64,000 nt of DNA. It comes from a virus (Duplodnaviria > Caudoviricetes). Positions 19,001-28,281 of this stretch are shown here, piece by piece; the first letter of the stretch is position 1; each line of letters starts with the position of its first letter. The notes under the pieces were generated by a model that saw nothing but the letters and a program-made list of their open reading frames with translations, was not told where the DNA came from and searched no databases. A program made the position numbers and the translations under genes. The stretch is from the IMG/VR virus record IMGVR_UViG_2667527945_000002, positions 17,984 to 81,983 of that record; one strand, written 5' to 3'.

Positions 19001-22000
19001 TCTCGAATTCATGCACGAAAAAGGGTATTCCAACTTGGATTACCTCGTGGATAAAAAGCAGGTCGCACAAGATGATGATACTGGCAGTAGCTATGTAGAG
19101 AACGTTAAGATTCGTGATACCAGATCTCCTTTTGGTGAGTTCGTGGGTTATGACGATACTCAAGGCTTTCACAAGCAACTTAATAACTGGCTGAATGGCG
19201 GTAACGTCACCAGTTCAAAGCAAGAATATATCGAAGAATACAAAGAGCGCGTCTCTCGTTTAGATGAAGAGTTCCGCCTTTGGATGCAGCAACACAAGGA
19301 CATTGACGATCTCTCTGAACTATATAATCAAAAATTCAACTCATACATTCCATTTGAGCACTCTGATTCAGATTTAGGCTTAGAAGGCGTCAGCGCCATG
19401 GTTAAACCTCATGGTTATCAATGTGCCGCCGTTCGTCGCTTGTCAGAAGATGGTTCCGGTATTCTTGGTTTTGATGTTGGTCTTGGCAAAACCTTCAGTG
19501 CTTTAGCGCTGGCCGCATATAACAAGCAAATGGGCCGAGCGAGCAAGACGTTGATTGTCGTTCCTAACTCTGTTCTAGCGAACTGGTATCACGAAGCTAA
19601 GATGTTCCACGGCAAGCTGGATAACGCTTTATTTGTTGGCTTTAAGCCCAAGCAGGACAAAGAAGGACAAATTCAGAGAGAGCCAGTCAAAGACGAGAAG
19701 GGCAATCCTAAGAAAAACAAACACACAGGCGAAGTTGAGTATCAAGACATCTTGATCAAAGAATCCGCTGAAGAAGTGTTTGATAAGATGCACCAAATAC
19801 CACAAACGTCTAAATCGTTAGTGGTCATGACCTTTGAAAAGTACAAAGAAATTCAGATGCGCCCCGTCAACAAGCACAAGTATGCGGACAAGTGGGTAGA
19901 AAAATCACTAATTTCTGATCAAATGGCAGCAAGTACTGTTGCGGGTGATGATTTCAGCCTTGGTAAAGGCAAAGATAAGATCAGCTATAAAGAAGCGGTA
20001 CGAAAAGAAGCCCTGCAACAACGATTCCTTGAAGATGGTGGTCATAAGAAGGGCGAATACCCTTACTTTGAAGATATGGGGATCCAATCGGTAATCATTG
20101 ATGAAGCCCACGCATTTAAAAATAGCTTCAAAGCCGGCGACAAAACCGCAAATATCGCATACCTCCCTAATCCAACGGAATCACAGCGTGCTATCGACAT
20201 GGCAATGAAGATGGCTTACCTGCGTGACCAAAACGAAGGGCGCGGTCCGGTTCTATTGTCAGCAACACCTGTCACCAACTCGCCACTAGAAATATTCAAC
20301 ATGCTGTCACTGGTCCTGCCGGTAGAAGAGTTTGAAAAATTCGGCGTTTATACTGCAGACGATTTTGTACGTGTATTCGGCAAGGTCGACAATATAGAAA
20401 AAATGACCGTGCGCGGTGACATCGTTCAAAAAGACGGACTGGTTGGCTTCCAAAACTTAGATGGACTGCGAAACCTTTTCCACCGTTACACTCTCATGCG
20501 AAATGCTGAAGACGTTAACCTAGCGTTACCTGATGCGCCAGAATCTCATGAAAATGTTGATATGACCGACGATCAGAATTCGGCCTATGAGACACTGCGT
20601 GAAGAAGCTAAAGAAGCCAGCAAACCAGCAAGACAACGTAGCCCTAACGCTCGTGCTTTATTTGCTGTTATGCGCGATATGGACAAAGTAACCACGGACA
20701 TGGATTTGTACAATCAAACCATGACCTTTACTTTCCCTGCAGCAAAGGCAAAAGCTGTCGATCAATTAATTGCCGCACTACCACCGTCTATCGAAGCTGA
20801 GCGTATTGAGCAGACAGAAGATGGGGAAGAGGTAAAGCGCAAAGTTTCTATTGAGCTTGAATACCAACGCAGTGAAGAATCCGAGTCTATTGTGCTGGTG
20901 GTTCCTGATGTTTACGAACAAGCCGTTCTTGATCGTCTAAATGACGCTCTTATCAAGTCGTCAGATGTTAGTCACCCATTACCACCAAAATACGCGAAAT
21001 TGATTGCCAACTTAACAGCAGAGCTGGAAGTGAAAGGTAAGCAAATCATCTTTACGGAAGAGAAAACGCAGCATCACAAACTCAAGCGCATTATCGTTAA
21101 TCAGCTTGGCCTTGATGAGAAACAAATCGGCATTATTAATGGCGCCGACGCTGCAGGAGCGAAGCTTCAACGTATTGCTGATGCGTATAATGCTGGTGAT
21201 ATCAAAATCGTTATCTGTAACAAGAAAGCGGAAGTGGGCGTAAACCTCCAAAAAGGAACAAGCGCAATCCACCACTTAACGCTCCCATGGACTCCTGCTT
21301 CAATCCAGCAGCGTAATGGCCGTGGTGTAAGGCAAGGCAATACTGCCTCAAAAGTCAGTTTGTACTACTACCTTGGTAAAGGGTCGTTTGATGGGTACCG
21401 CCTTGATCTGCTTAATAAGAAAAAGAGCTGGATGCGTGACTTATTCAACGGCACTGAGTCTGAGGCCGTCAATGGTAACGCCATTGATAACGACGACTAC
21501 CTTGATATGTTTGAAGCGGATCCTGAAGCAGCTAAAGCTAAGCGAATGGAACGCTTGGCACAAAAGCAAGCTGAACGTAAACGCAAGTCAGATCTAAAGT
21601 GTGCCGTAGACTTGTCTCAAGTGATTGGTCTACGCAGCCAGCTATCGAATTGGGAAACCAACAAAGCCGAAGACTACAACCGCCTCATTGAGCGTAAAAA
21701 CAAAGCGCAAGCTTCGCTATCGAGAGTCAAAGAAAAAAGCGAAGACAGCGGTAAAGCTGAACAAGCACTGGCTCGTGTGAATAAATCTATTCAAGATCAC
21801 GATGAAAAATGGCAAGAAGACAAACGAAAGCTTGAATCTAGACTGTCACAACGTGTGACGTTCCTGAAACAGAAAGCCAGTGCCGGTGAATTGCCGTTTA
21901 ATGGTGAAATCATAGAAAACCCAGAAACCGCCATCGTAGCGCGTGATGGTACTGTGCTCACTATTGGGGATCATCTTGAGACGGACTTTGGTGCCATTCT

Positions 22001-23129
22001 TCGCATTGAACAAGTAGAGCAGGAGTCTCGTAGTGTGCATTACTCTGTACCTGTCGGGGATGTCTCTTACTACTGGTGGGGACGTCGCAATGGGGAGCAC
22101 ATGAAAGCGGACCTTGATTCGATGCCTGAAGGTTTAAAGCGTGTTTCTTTGTCAGATGATGAGGTGAGAGTAAAACAAATACTGTCTATCACTTACAGCT
22201 ACAGTACGCTTCCAAAACTGAAAAAAGATCAGTTCACTAAATATCGTGATGACATCAACCTACAAAGCTACGGTAATTTCCTATTCCGTGCGGACGGTCA
22301 ACTGGCGATTGCCAGCATTGACCAATACCAGCGAGACCAGCTTGTTTTCCCAGATACCAGTGATAACGCGCTAAAACGCGAAATAGCACTGCATTACTTA
22401 AAGTTACGCCGAGAAGGTAAGCCAGCTTTTGCATGGCGCGACATCGTTAAGCCGTTTTTTGGTGCTCACTACGATCAAGAAATTGCAGAGTATGGTGATA
22501 AAGCGTCTCAAGGGGAGGTCTTAGCCGTTTGTGATCGGGCTTGGAATGATTACCAGCCAACGCTCATGGAGGGTATTCAATTGTCCTCTTCGCTGAAAGC
22601 CTTACCTGAAGCCATTGCGAAGCATCAAGCTTACCGATTGGCTCGCCAAGACTTCCAAGAAAACGCAGAAGACAAAGCCGCTGAGCTGGGTGATAACCGT
22701 GCTGAAATCAATCGCTGGGTGCGTGAATACATTGCCGGATTGGAGAGTAAACTACTTGATGATGCAGAAACGGCTAAACGCCTCGCTGCCGATGCTGAGC
22801 TAGAAGAGTTAAAAACGAATCCGGCATTCAAAGAACTTGCAGCAGAGGTTAAAAAAGGCTTTGACGATATCGGTATTATTGCTCGTTACAATTACAAAGA
22901 TGTGCCTATCCCTCGCAACGGGCGCTACCGTGCGCGTACATTGCCTGCATTCCAGCATTTCTTTTTGCAGGACAAAAACGGCAAAGCAGGGAAGCTATTT
23001 TCAGCGAAAGATATTCTGAAGAATCGCTTTGGTGCTAAATTCTGTGCGGCGGAAGGAGATTGGGAGGGCAGTTGGTGGTACTTCCCTGCTAGCGTTGATG
23101 TCGCTGAGATATTTGAAATAATCGCCTAA
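16080..23129 (+). CDS. darB: DarB: N6-adenine methyltransferase + SF2 helicase antirestriction protein with N-terminal pyrophosphatase-like domain
   Basis: EYYTP, VLEPSAGAG, GNIPF, GFDVGLGKT, IDEAH, SATPVTN, QRNGRGVRQG; N-terminal ISIEN..G..RSGVD.DG..W...YDYGYI...FDEDKVMLGF. Confidence 0.92.
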   Translation: MYKFLITTPFKSEVSILISSEWDQKSNVEMEGSDDDKKMIENFIRFHGMTPDGRLAGLPEIAPMSAHYSFTTKAAVEQGFSITFIQGEQKPYPHRDVIFDSASDDAPSFTTKPQSFKLQDRYQFQNLPISIENKAGTKRSGVDPDGSEWSVSMHYDYGYIRSTKGTDQEGIDCYVGPNRKADHVYIVKQHAIEKVKQWSSKYCPQCKEHTHDCACPEFFDEDKVMLGFDNKEQAKAAYLKQYDSDLFLGPISTMRIEDFKKAIADADGEELDLPLQFVHDHAVLDSATNEEIKALQNAKDINELESVFNQLFTPTNYADERDFGLKASGVKTREAINNKVKAIVDRIKAANWDTSSLSAEDYDLLVQYSGRGGLSENSQYEYYTPTYIAEGCWDLLNANGFDNGNVLEPSAGAGVFNATKHQGVKMTATEIDPISSAVNKILHPEDNVFNQSFETMAVESPDNHFDSVIGNIPFGSARGASAHDDPDHKNEKLIERYFINRLIDKVKPSGLLVLVVPVNIVRERGKAWQKWRAKISKKAEFLGAHKLPSKTFGKQGTGVVTDIIVLRKHSKNGAEKIAQLPMAQLQESNVLWDTFIEGKWWDRDGKPFIHGKFVAKDASKIRDDDKVIRDSSVTDVALKRKLAAKFHSRIDWEALDTAEPVIHNYVEGDRRVIDERTYEFTRGNWEPADSLQGMTTAIDKNKYGVSSLEALQGLLESNHGLMSLSVKQAFAAMKAWGHLFSKPQKQAIEFAMTQPSDEYREQIFRGSLIGADLARFQNDTNQGEWNATEQMRLQELVANEINKYGHPKQNKGLILAGESSRYFGVFSNAMDENGDYSTLLTGDVSTKGLAFDDTNPHAIVEHLYLREGMTHITLEDIQQLYKGKTPIQSLSDLADNKNLAIHPDGLVMPMTRFCSGDVYQKVLTLSHALNLETDPKLKAKYQQQLEEIEQRRFKTESENIAFSMRHKWIDRKYVLEFMHEKGYSNLDYLVDKKQVAQDDDTGSSYVENVKIRDTRSPFGEFVGYDDTQGFHKQLNNWLNGGNVTSSKQEYIEEYKERVSRLDEEFRLWMQQHKDIDDLSELYNQKFNSYIPFEHSDSDLGLEGVSAMVKPHGYQCAAVRRLSEDGSGILGFDVGLGKTFSALALAAYNKQMGRASKTLIVVPNSVLANWYHEAKMFHGKLDNALFVGFKPKQDKEGQIQREPVKDEKGNPKKNKHTGEVEYQDILIKESAEEVFDKMHQIPQTSKSLVVMTFEKYKEIQMRPVNKHKYADKWVEKSLISDQMAASTVAGDDFSLGKGKDKISYKEAVRKEALQQRFLEDGGHKKGEYPYFEDMGIQSVIIDEAHAFKNSFKAGDKTANIAYLPNPTESQRAIDMAMKMAYLRDQNEGRGPVLLSATPVTNSPLEIFNMLSLVLPVEEFEKFGVYTADDFVRVFGKVDNIEKMTVRGDIVQKDGLVGFQNLDGLRNLFHRYTLMRNAEDVNLALPDAPESHENVDMTDDQNSAYETLREEAKEASKPARQRSPNARALFAVMRDMDKVTTDMDLYNQTMTFTFPAAKAKAVDQLIAALPPSIEAERIEQTEDGEEVKRKVSIELEYQRSEESESIVLVVPDVYEQAVLDRLNDALIKSSDVSHPLPPKYAKLIANLTAELEVKGKQIIFTEEKTQHHKLKRIIVNQLGLDEKQIGIINGADAAGAKLQRIADAYNAGDIKIVICNKKAEVGVNLQKGTSAIHHLTLPWTPASIQQRNGRGVRQGNTASKVSLYYYLGKGSFDGYRLDLLNKKKSWMRDLFNGTESEAVNGNAIDNDDYLDMFEADPEAAKAKRMERLAQKQAERKRKSDLKCAVDLSQVIGLRSQLSNWETNKAEDYNRLIERKNKAQASLSRVKEKSEDSGKAEQALARVNKSIQDHDEKWQEDKRKLESRLSQRVTFLKQKASAGELPFNGEIIENPETAIVARDGTVLTIGDHLETDFGAILRIEQVEQESRSVHYSVPVGDVSYYWWGRRNGEHMKADLDSMPEGLKRVSLSDDEVRVKQILSITYSYSTLPKLKKDQFTKYRDDINLQSYGNFLFRADGQLAIASIDQYQRDQLVFPDTSDNALKREIALHYLKLRREGKPAFAWRDIVKPFFGAHYDQEIAEYGDKASQGEVLAVCDRAWNDYQPTLMEGIQLSSSLKALPEAIAKHQAYRLARQDFQENAEDKAAELGDNRAEINRWVREYIAGLESKLLDDAETAKRLAADAELEELKTNPAFKELAAEVKKGFDDIGIIARYNYKDVPIPRNGRYRARTLPAFQHFFLQDKNGKAGKLFSAKDILKNRFGAKFCAAEGDWEGSWWYFPASVDVAEIFEIIA

Positions 23130-23210
23130 CACTTAACAGGTATCTAATAAATACTTATTTAACACTCTTAGGGTATCTGCTATATTGTAGATACCCTACG
23201 GCAAGGAACC

Positions 23211-23633
23211 ATGAAAATGAAAATAAAATTTCCAACACAGGCAGAGTTGAAGCCTCTCTACGATGAGGCAATCGACGGCCAAACAGAAGAGCAGTGGATG
23301 GAGAAGTTTCTCGCAACTGTCACTACGATGTTACGCAAAAATCCGCTCTGGTATCGCGCATACGGGGTGTACTGGTGGGGCGTAAAGCAGATGCTGATTG
23401 AACGTAATTTAATAGCATTCGATTTCGTTGATGCCGAATGGGTTGAAAAAATTCAATACGAAAAGCCGGCTTATCACTTACTGGCTGCATTTGCTTACCA
23501 CGATGAACGGCAAGACATTGGTGCTCTTGAAGATGATACTCACGTCATTGAGCTGGATGATGGCTCAATTGATAGCTACATTTTGATAGATGAAGACTTT
23601 GAGCTACACGCTGTCGCTAATACCCTGTCTTAA
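23211..23633 (+). CDS. ulx: Ulx-like DarB packaging helper
   Basis: LRKNPLWYRAYGVYW..VK..L.ER motif of P1 Ulx, directly after darB. Confidence 0.8.
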   Translation: MKMKIKFPTQAELKPLYDEAIDGQTEEQWMEKFLATVTTMLRKNPLWYRAYGVYWWGVKQMLIERNLIAFDFVDAEWVEKIQYEKPAYHLLAAFAYHDERQDIGALEDDTHVIELDDGSIDSYILIDEDFELHAVANTLS

Positions 23634-23772
23634 TTGCACTAAAAGGGTATCAATTCGATACCCTTTAAACCCCAAGTAAATACCTTCCTTATTTTTTCAA
23701 ACAAATCTGTGTTGATGCGCCCCTTATAGCAGCTGGTTACTCTCTCGATGTTAATTAACAGGCGAGAGAATC

Positions 23773-25434
23773 ATGGCTGAGAACAAAAAGAAAAGGAGTC
23801 TGCTCTCACGATTATTCCGAGGTCAGCAAGAAGAGGACCACAGCGGTCACTTGGAGCTAGCAGAATCCGGATTTGATTACGAAGACGCAGGCAAGATTGA
23901 CGAGCTACTTGGAAAAGAAAGCGCCCAATCTGAGTCAGAAACTGAAAAGCTGATTGAACCTTTTCCTCGTAATCGTCGTGCTGGCTACTTACGTTTTGAA
24001 GAAATGGCCGTTGATCCTACGATCGACAGCGCCCTTAAAATGCACGTCGCCAACGCTCTATCTGCGAAGACGGATACAGGAGAGATCTTGTTCATTGCTT
24101 CAACCAAAGAGGGCGAGGGTGACAAGATAGTCAAAGACCTGAGAAACACAATTGGTCGATGGCTCAATGAAAACGCAGAAGCTATAGCCTTTCAAGCAGC
24201 CAAGTATGGGCTGAGCTATGTTCGTCCATACATTGAAAAGCAGAAAGGGATCACTCATATCCGCTTTGACCACTACACACATCCTGCACACATTCGCTGT
24301 TACGAACGTGCCGGATTGCTGTGTGGCTACACCTCTAAGTACCAACGAAGCCTTGAAAAGAAGGGGTTAGTTGAACTCATGGAGCCATGGAAGTTTATTC
24401 CATTCAAAATCCCCAAGTGGGACGGTCATGGAAGCACTCTGTTAGAGCCTGTGCGCCTAAACCCAATGGCATTTGATATCAATGACGACGACTACCTAAA
24501 CGAAGAACCCGTTGAAACACAAGACTACGGTTCAAGCCTGTTACGGTCAGCCTACGATCCATGGGTTGATTTAAACGAAGCTATCCTGTCGCTCAATTCA
24601 GCGAGAAAAAATGCCGCGAAAAGGGACCGTTTCATTACCATTCAAACGGGTAAGAAAAATCCCGCATTAGCTGCTCAGTACTACAACACGATATTGGGTG
24701 CGTTAAAGCGCAAGCTTAACTTATCAGCTAAGCGCTCAGCCAAGCGTGGTCATATTTCAACAATTGATAATCACATTCTACCGGTTACCGCTGACGGGTC
24801 TGGTCAAGTCAACATTCAAACCGAACAATCAGACGTCAATATTAGCCACATTGAAGACGTCAACTTTCACGTTAATCGTCTCTGCAGTGCGCTGGGCGTT
24901 GATAAGTCATTGGTTGGTTTTACAGAAGACATGGCCGGCGGTCTTGGTGAGGGTGGCTGGTGGACTCAATCAATGGTTGCCGCAATCAAAGCAAACCTGA
25001 TCCGACGAGCTATTAAAGCTGGTGCTGAAAGGCTGTGTGAAATCCACGTACTAATGAAATGGGGCAAGGTTTACACCGAAACGGACAAACCTTGGCGCAT
25101 TGAGTTCAACAGCTTAAATAATGTATTAGAGCGTGAAGAGGCAACCGCGAGAGAGTCCCGTATTAACTTTGCCACTTCAGTAGTTACGCTTATGCAGATA
25201 CTGGATCCGGACCTCAACAAATTCAATTTTAACCATACTTCAAACTGGCTTTTCACTGACGTTCTTCGTGTTAATGAAGAAACGTTTAAGCAGCTTATTG
25301 AAGCTGCGAAAGAAGGTGATGAGGATGAAGTAAACAACGTTCTGGACTCGGTTTCTGATCCAGAAAGCCACAATCAACTGAAAACCATGATTTACAGCTG
25401 CATTGCAGAGCTGATGGGAGAGGAAAATGTCTAA
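23773..25434 (+). CDS. prt: portal protein (P1 Prt-like)
   Basis: EEMAVDPTIDSAL..H..AL, ETQDYGSSLL, GGLGEGGW, W.IEFNS motifs. Confidence 0.88.
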   Translation: MAENKKKRSLLSRLFRGQQEEDHSGHLELAESGFDYEDAGKIDELLGKESAQSESETEKLIEPFPRNRRAGYLRFEEMAVDPTIDSALKMHVANALSAKTDTGEILFIASTKEGEGDKIVKDLRNTIGRWLNENAEAIAFQAAKYGLSYVRPYIEKQKGITHIRFDHYTHPAHIRCYERAGLLCGYTSKYQRSLEKKGLVELMEPWKFIPFKIPKWDGHGSTLLEPVRLNPMAFDINDDDYLNEEPVETQDYGSSLLRSAYDPWVDLNEAILSLNSARKNAAKRDRFITIQTGKKNPALAAQYYNTILGALKRKLNLSAKRSAKRGHISTIDNHILPVTADGSGQVNIQTEQSDVNISHIEDVNFHVNRLCSALGVDKSLVGFTEDMAGGLGEGGWWTQSMVAAIKANLIRRAIKAGAERLCEIHVLMKWGKVYTETDKPWRIEFNSLNNVLEREEATARESRINFATSVVTLMQILDPDLNKFNFNHTSNWLFTDVLRVNEETFKQLIEAAKEGDEDEVNNVLDSVSDPESHNQLKTMIYSCIAELMGEENV

Positions 25435-26457
25435 AACGATCCTGCAAAGAATCACATGTACCTTCAATATTTTTGATACAGGTAGAAAGTACACCGGCAA
25501 ACAGCGCGGTTACATACTGAATAATGTTAAATCTGTCCTGAACTCACCAGAAGTACAGGAGCGGCTAAGATTACGTGAGCTGGTTGGCTATGTGTCACAT
25601 GGGTTGCGTGAAATGGCGGGTAAGCTGACATTGGGTGAAACTTTGCCAGTACAGTTGCCTAACGGCCAAATGACCGTGGTTAACGCCATTCCAGCAAATG
25701 TGACCGTTGAGCTATCAATCGACGATGACGGCAATTTAACTCACACTCAAGAAGTGCTCGATAATGACGAAGGACGTAAGCTACTTGGTTTGCATAATTC
25801 ACGTATTGGCGGCTTTTCATGGGCCTGTGGTGGTGGGAAGCTGGGTGGTAACACGTTAATCAATGGCTTTTTTGGTTTTGATTATGTTCATAACCCTTTA
25901 TTTGCTGCTAACCGTGGTTACGTGTTGGATTCTGAATCAGGAGAAGAAGAATTTGACCGTCAGGCTATTCTGGATAACTTGAGCAGTGCTGGGGTGCCTG
26001 ATGAAAATAGAGAGATGGTTTTAGATGCTTTTAATGCTTCTATTGCATTTGAGTCAGCTCAATACAAAGGGATGCTTCTTGACGCTCAGCAAGTTATTGC
26101 CGATCAAGATGAAAAAACACAAGAGCTTCAACAGCTCTTAGATAGTGCTTCAGAAGAAACTGAAGCTTTAAAATCTGAAAAAACAAGTCGAGAGCAGTTT
26201 TTCAAGCAACTTCAAGAACGTAGTCACATTGTAATTACTGATCAGGTGCTTGACGCATTGGTTAGCGCTGATAGTGAAGAAGGCATGGAACTTATCATGC
26301 AGATGGTTATGGATGCCGCTAATATCAGCACTCAGCATTTGCCGTTATCTCAAAAAAGAAAACCTTTGTAAAGCAATTCCCAGAGCTAGATTCCGAAAGC
26401 GATTCAGATGATCCGTTCAGCATTAAAGCTTCTATGGATGCAGGGTTCTATGATTAA
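25427..26457 (+). CDS. pro: prohead protease (P1 Pro-like); C-terminus probably extends to 26457 after an A-run repair
   Basis: GYVSHG.R, GGFSWACGG, GFDYVHNP motifs; follows the portal gene. Confidence 0.85.
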
Positions 26458-26507
26458 GCCTTGCTAGGCCAATGCTGGCGAAGCCAGTGTGTTGAGTAAA
26501 TAAGCAT

Positions 26508-26524
26508 TAGGCACATTGTTCCTA
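26508..26524. promoter_or_regulatory. KorC-type operator
   Basis: TAGGCACATTGTTCCTA; one of three copies of TAGG.AC-N3-G..CCTA. Confidence 0.55.
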
Positions 26525-26550
26525 TGTTAATAGTAAGGTTAATGTGAAAG

Positions 26551-26577
26551 AAAAAGGAGCCAAACGGCTCCTTTTTT
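26551..26577. terminator. bidirectional intrinsic terminator
   Basis: AAAAAGGAGCC-AAAC-GGCTCCTTTTTT between convergent pro and par genes. Confidence 0.8.
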
Positions 26578-26920
26578 ATGCTTCTTTTTTCTTCTGCTCT
26601 TTGAGCGTTTTCTCTATCAGCTTGTTCATGCCGTCAGCAATTAACACTTGGCAAAGGTGTTTACGATTCGCAAACTGTGGGTCCAATTCTGCCAGTTTGG
26701 TACCCCATTCACGGTAATACTCGTTTAAATTGATGTGAACTGGCTTTTCAGATGTTTTTGTTTTATCGGTTGACTCTAAAGCGTCATACCATGCAACTGT
26801 AGGTTCTGATTTTGCTTCTTCAGGTGTACTGCCTTTTCCATTGATGAAAGCGTCTGTTTCTTCTTCAGATATTTGTTTTTTTCGAACAGGTTCTCTGAAT
26901 CGTTTATCTTTATCAACCAT
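26576..26920 (-). CDS. small type Ib partition (ParG/centromere-binding-like) protein
   Basis: Overlaps the parA stop; 'DAFING' N-terminal tail and RHH-like C-terminus. Confidence 0.65.
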   Translation of the reverse strand: MVDKDKRFREPVRKKQISEEETDAFINGKGSTPEEAKSEPTVAWYDALESTDKTKTSEKPVHINLNEYYREWGTKLAELDPQFANRKHLCQVLIADGMNKLIEKTLKEQKKKEA

Positions 26921-27572
26921 TAGCCTTCTCCAATAGTTCATTAACCAAGTTGTTCATTTCAGCCTTGGCTTTTGGATCGTTCATTTCTCTAACGCCTCTG
27001 CCTGTTGCATAAGCGTCACTATAAACCACTCGTGTATAAGCCACAGTTTCCAGTATTTCCATAGAGCTGTGCTTTTTGAGTTGTTCCTTTGTAAATTCGA
27101 TGTCTTGTTCTCTCGCATTGTGGGTCGGGGCAATCGAGATCATGCAAAACGGTTTGAGTTTGGTATTAAAGTCTTTAGCTGTATCTACAAGGTCTTGTAC
27201 TTCTAAAATACTATCCCTATGGTCCTGAGTTGGACGGAAAGGAGCTAATGCAATATCAGCTGCGAGTAAACCGCTTCGCATTTCTTGTGTACGGGTTGGA
27301 TCAGTATTCCCTTGAACATCTACGATGACAAAATCATAGTTAGTATCTAGTTCCTGCAGGGTTTTAGTGATCTTACCTCTCTTTTGAACGCAGAAGATTG
27401 TAGGTTCTAGCCCTTCCTCTTCTCGATAGGCGCCAAAGTTAGCAGTTGTACCACCTGGGTCTGCATCAACTAAACAAACAGTGTGTTGACGGTGTGCGAG
27501 TTCTACGGCCAAGTTTTGGGAGCAAATAGACTTCATTGCTCCACCTCTTTGCCCAAAAACCAAGATAATCAT
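26913..27572 (-). CDS. parA: ParA family partition ATPase (type Ib)
   Basis: GQRGGAMKS Walker-A-like, LVDADP, YDFVIVD, R.VYSDAY..GRGV motifs. Confidence 0.88.
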   Translation of the reverse strand: MIILVFGQRGGAMKSICSQNLAVELAHRQHTVCLVDADPGGTTANFGAYREEEGLEPTIFCVQKRGKITKTLQELDTNYDFVIVDVQGNTDPTRTQEMRSGLLAADIALAPFRPTQDHRDSILEVQDLVDTAKDFNTKLKPFCMISIAPTHNAREQDIEFTKEQLKKHSSMEILETVAYTRVVYSDAYATGRGVREMNDPKAKAEMNNLVNELLEKANG

Positions 27573-27771
27573 GAGCCTCTCCTTCTTTTGTGTTCGCACA
27601 TCATAACATACAAAAACTTATTTGATACCCATACGACACCACAAAAACACCTAATAGGTATCAGCTAGATACTTATTAGTTTGTTTTGCTAGTTTAGAAC
27701 AATAAGAAAGGATATTAATTATTGATTTAGGCGAAGCCGATCATGTGGAGTTGGTGGGTAACTGCTTGTAG

Positions 27772-28016
27772 TTATCCACAAATCCACACTTATATATAAC
27801 AGTTATATTATCTCTATGAAGATCTATAATGATCTATAAAGATATATAGACCATGGAAATGTCTTTAAAATCAATTGCATACATGATTTACTATTACTGT
27901 TTACTCCGGTAACTAGATCGCTTTACTCCGGTAACTGTTACCTTTTACTCCGGTAACTAGATCGCTTTACTCCTATAGCTAGATCACTTTACTCCGGTAA
28001 CTATTACCTTTTACTC
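27772..28016. repeat. plasmid replication origin: DnaA box, AT/GATC-rich repeats and six 22-bp-period iterons
   Basis: TTATCCACA at 27772; GATCTATAA repeats at 27821-27850; TTTACTCC core at 27900, 27922, 27944, 27966, 27988, 28010. Confidence 0.9.
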
Positions 28017-28080
28017 CTTTGAAAAATAACAACTTGTTAGTAATTCACTGTTCTCTAACCTAGTTTATTCGTTACCTCTT

Positions 28081-28281
28081 AACTATTACCGTTCACTCCG
28101 GTTAATCACTCAAAAATAGCTAAACCCCTTTACTATTACTACTTACTCCGGTATTAAGTGGGGGAAATGCTAAAACATTACTCATTACTCCGCCTAATCA
28201 CGAGTAAGAGGTAATAGTTAAGAGGTTCGCCACAGCAGAACGTCATAATTGGTGAGAGCACCGGAGTAAAAGGTAATAGTT
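28081..28281. repeat. additional direct and inverted iterons in the repA promoter/leader
   Basis: AACTATTAC...ACTCCG copies at ~28081, 28132, 28175; inverted ACCGGAGTAAAAGGTAATAGTT abuts the repA ATG. Confidence 0.75.

Noticed and set aside
27890-28016. Regular repeats as a CRISPR array
   Set aside because: 22-bp period with no unique spacers, next to a DnaA box and rep gene: iterons
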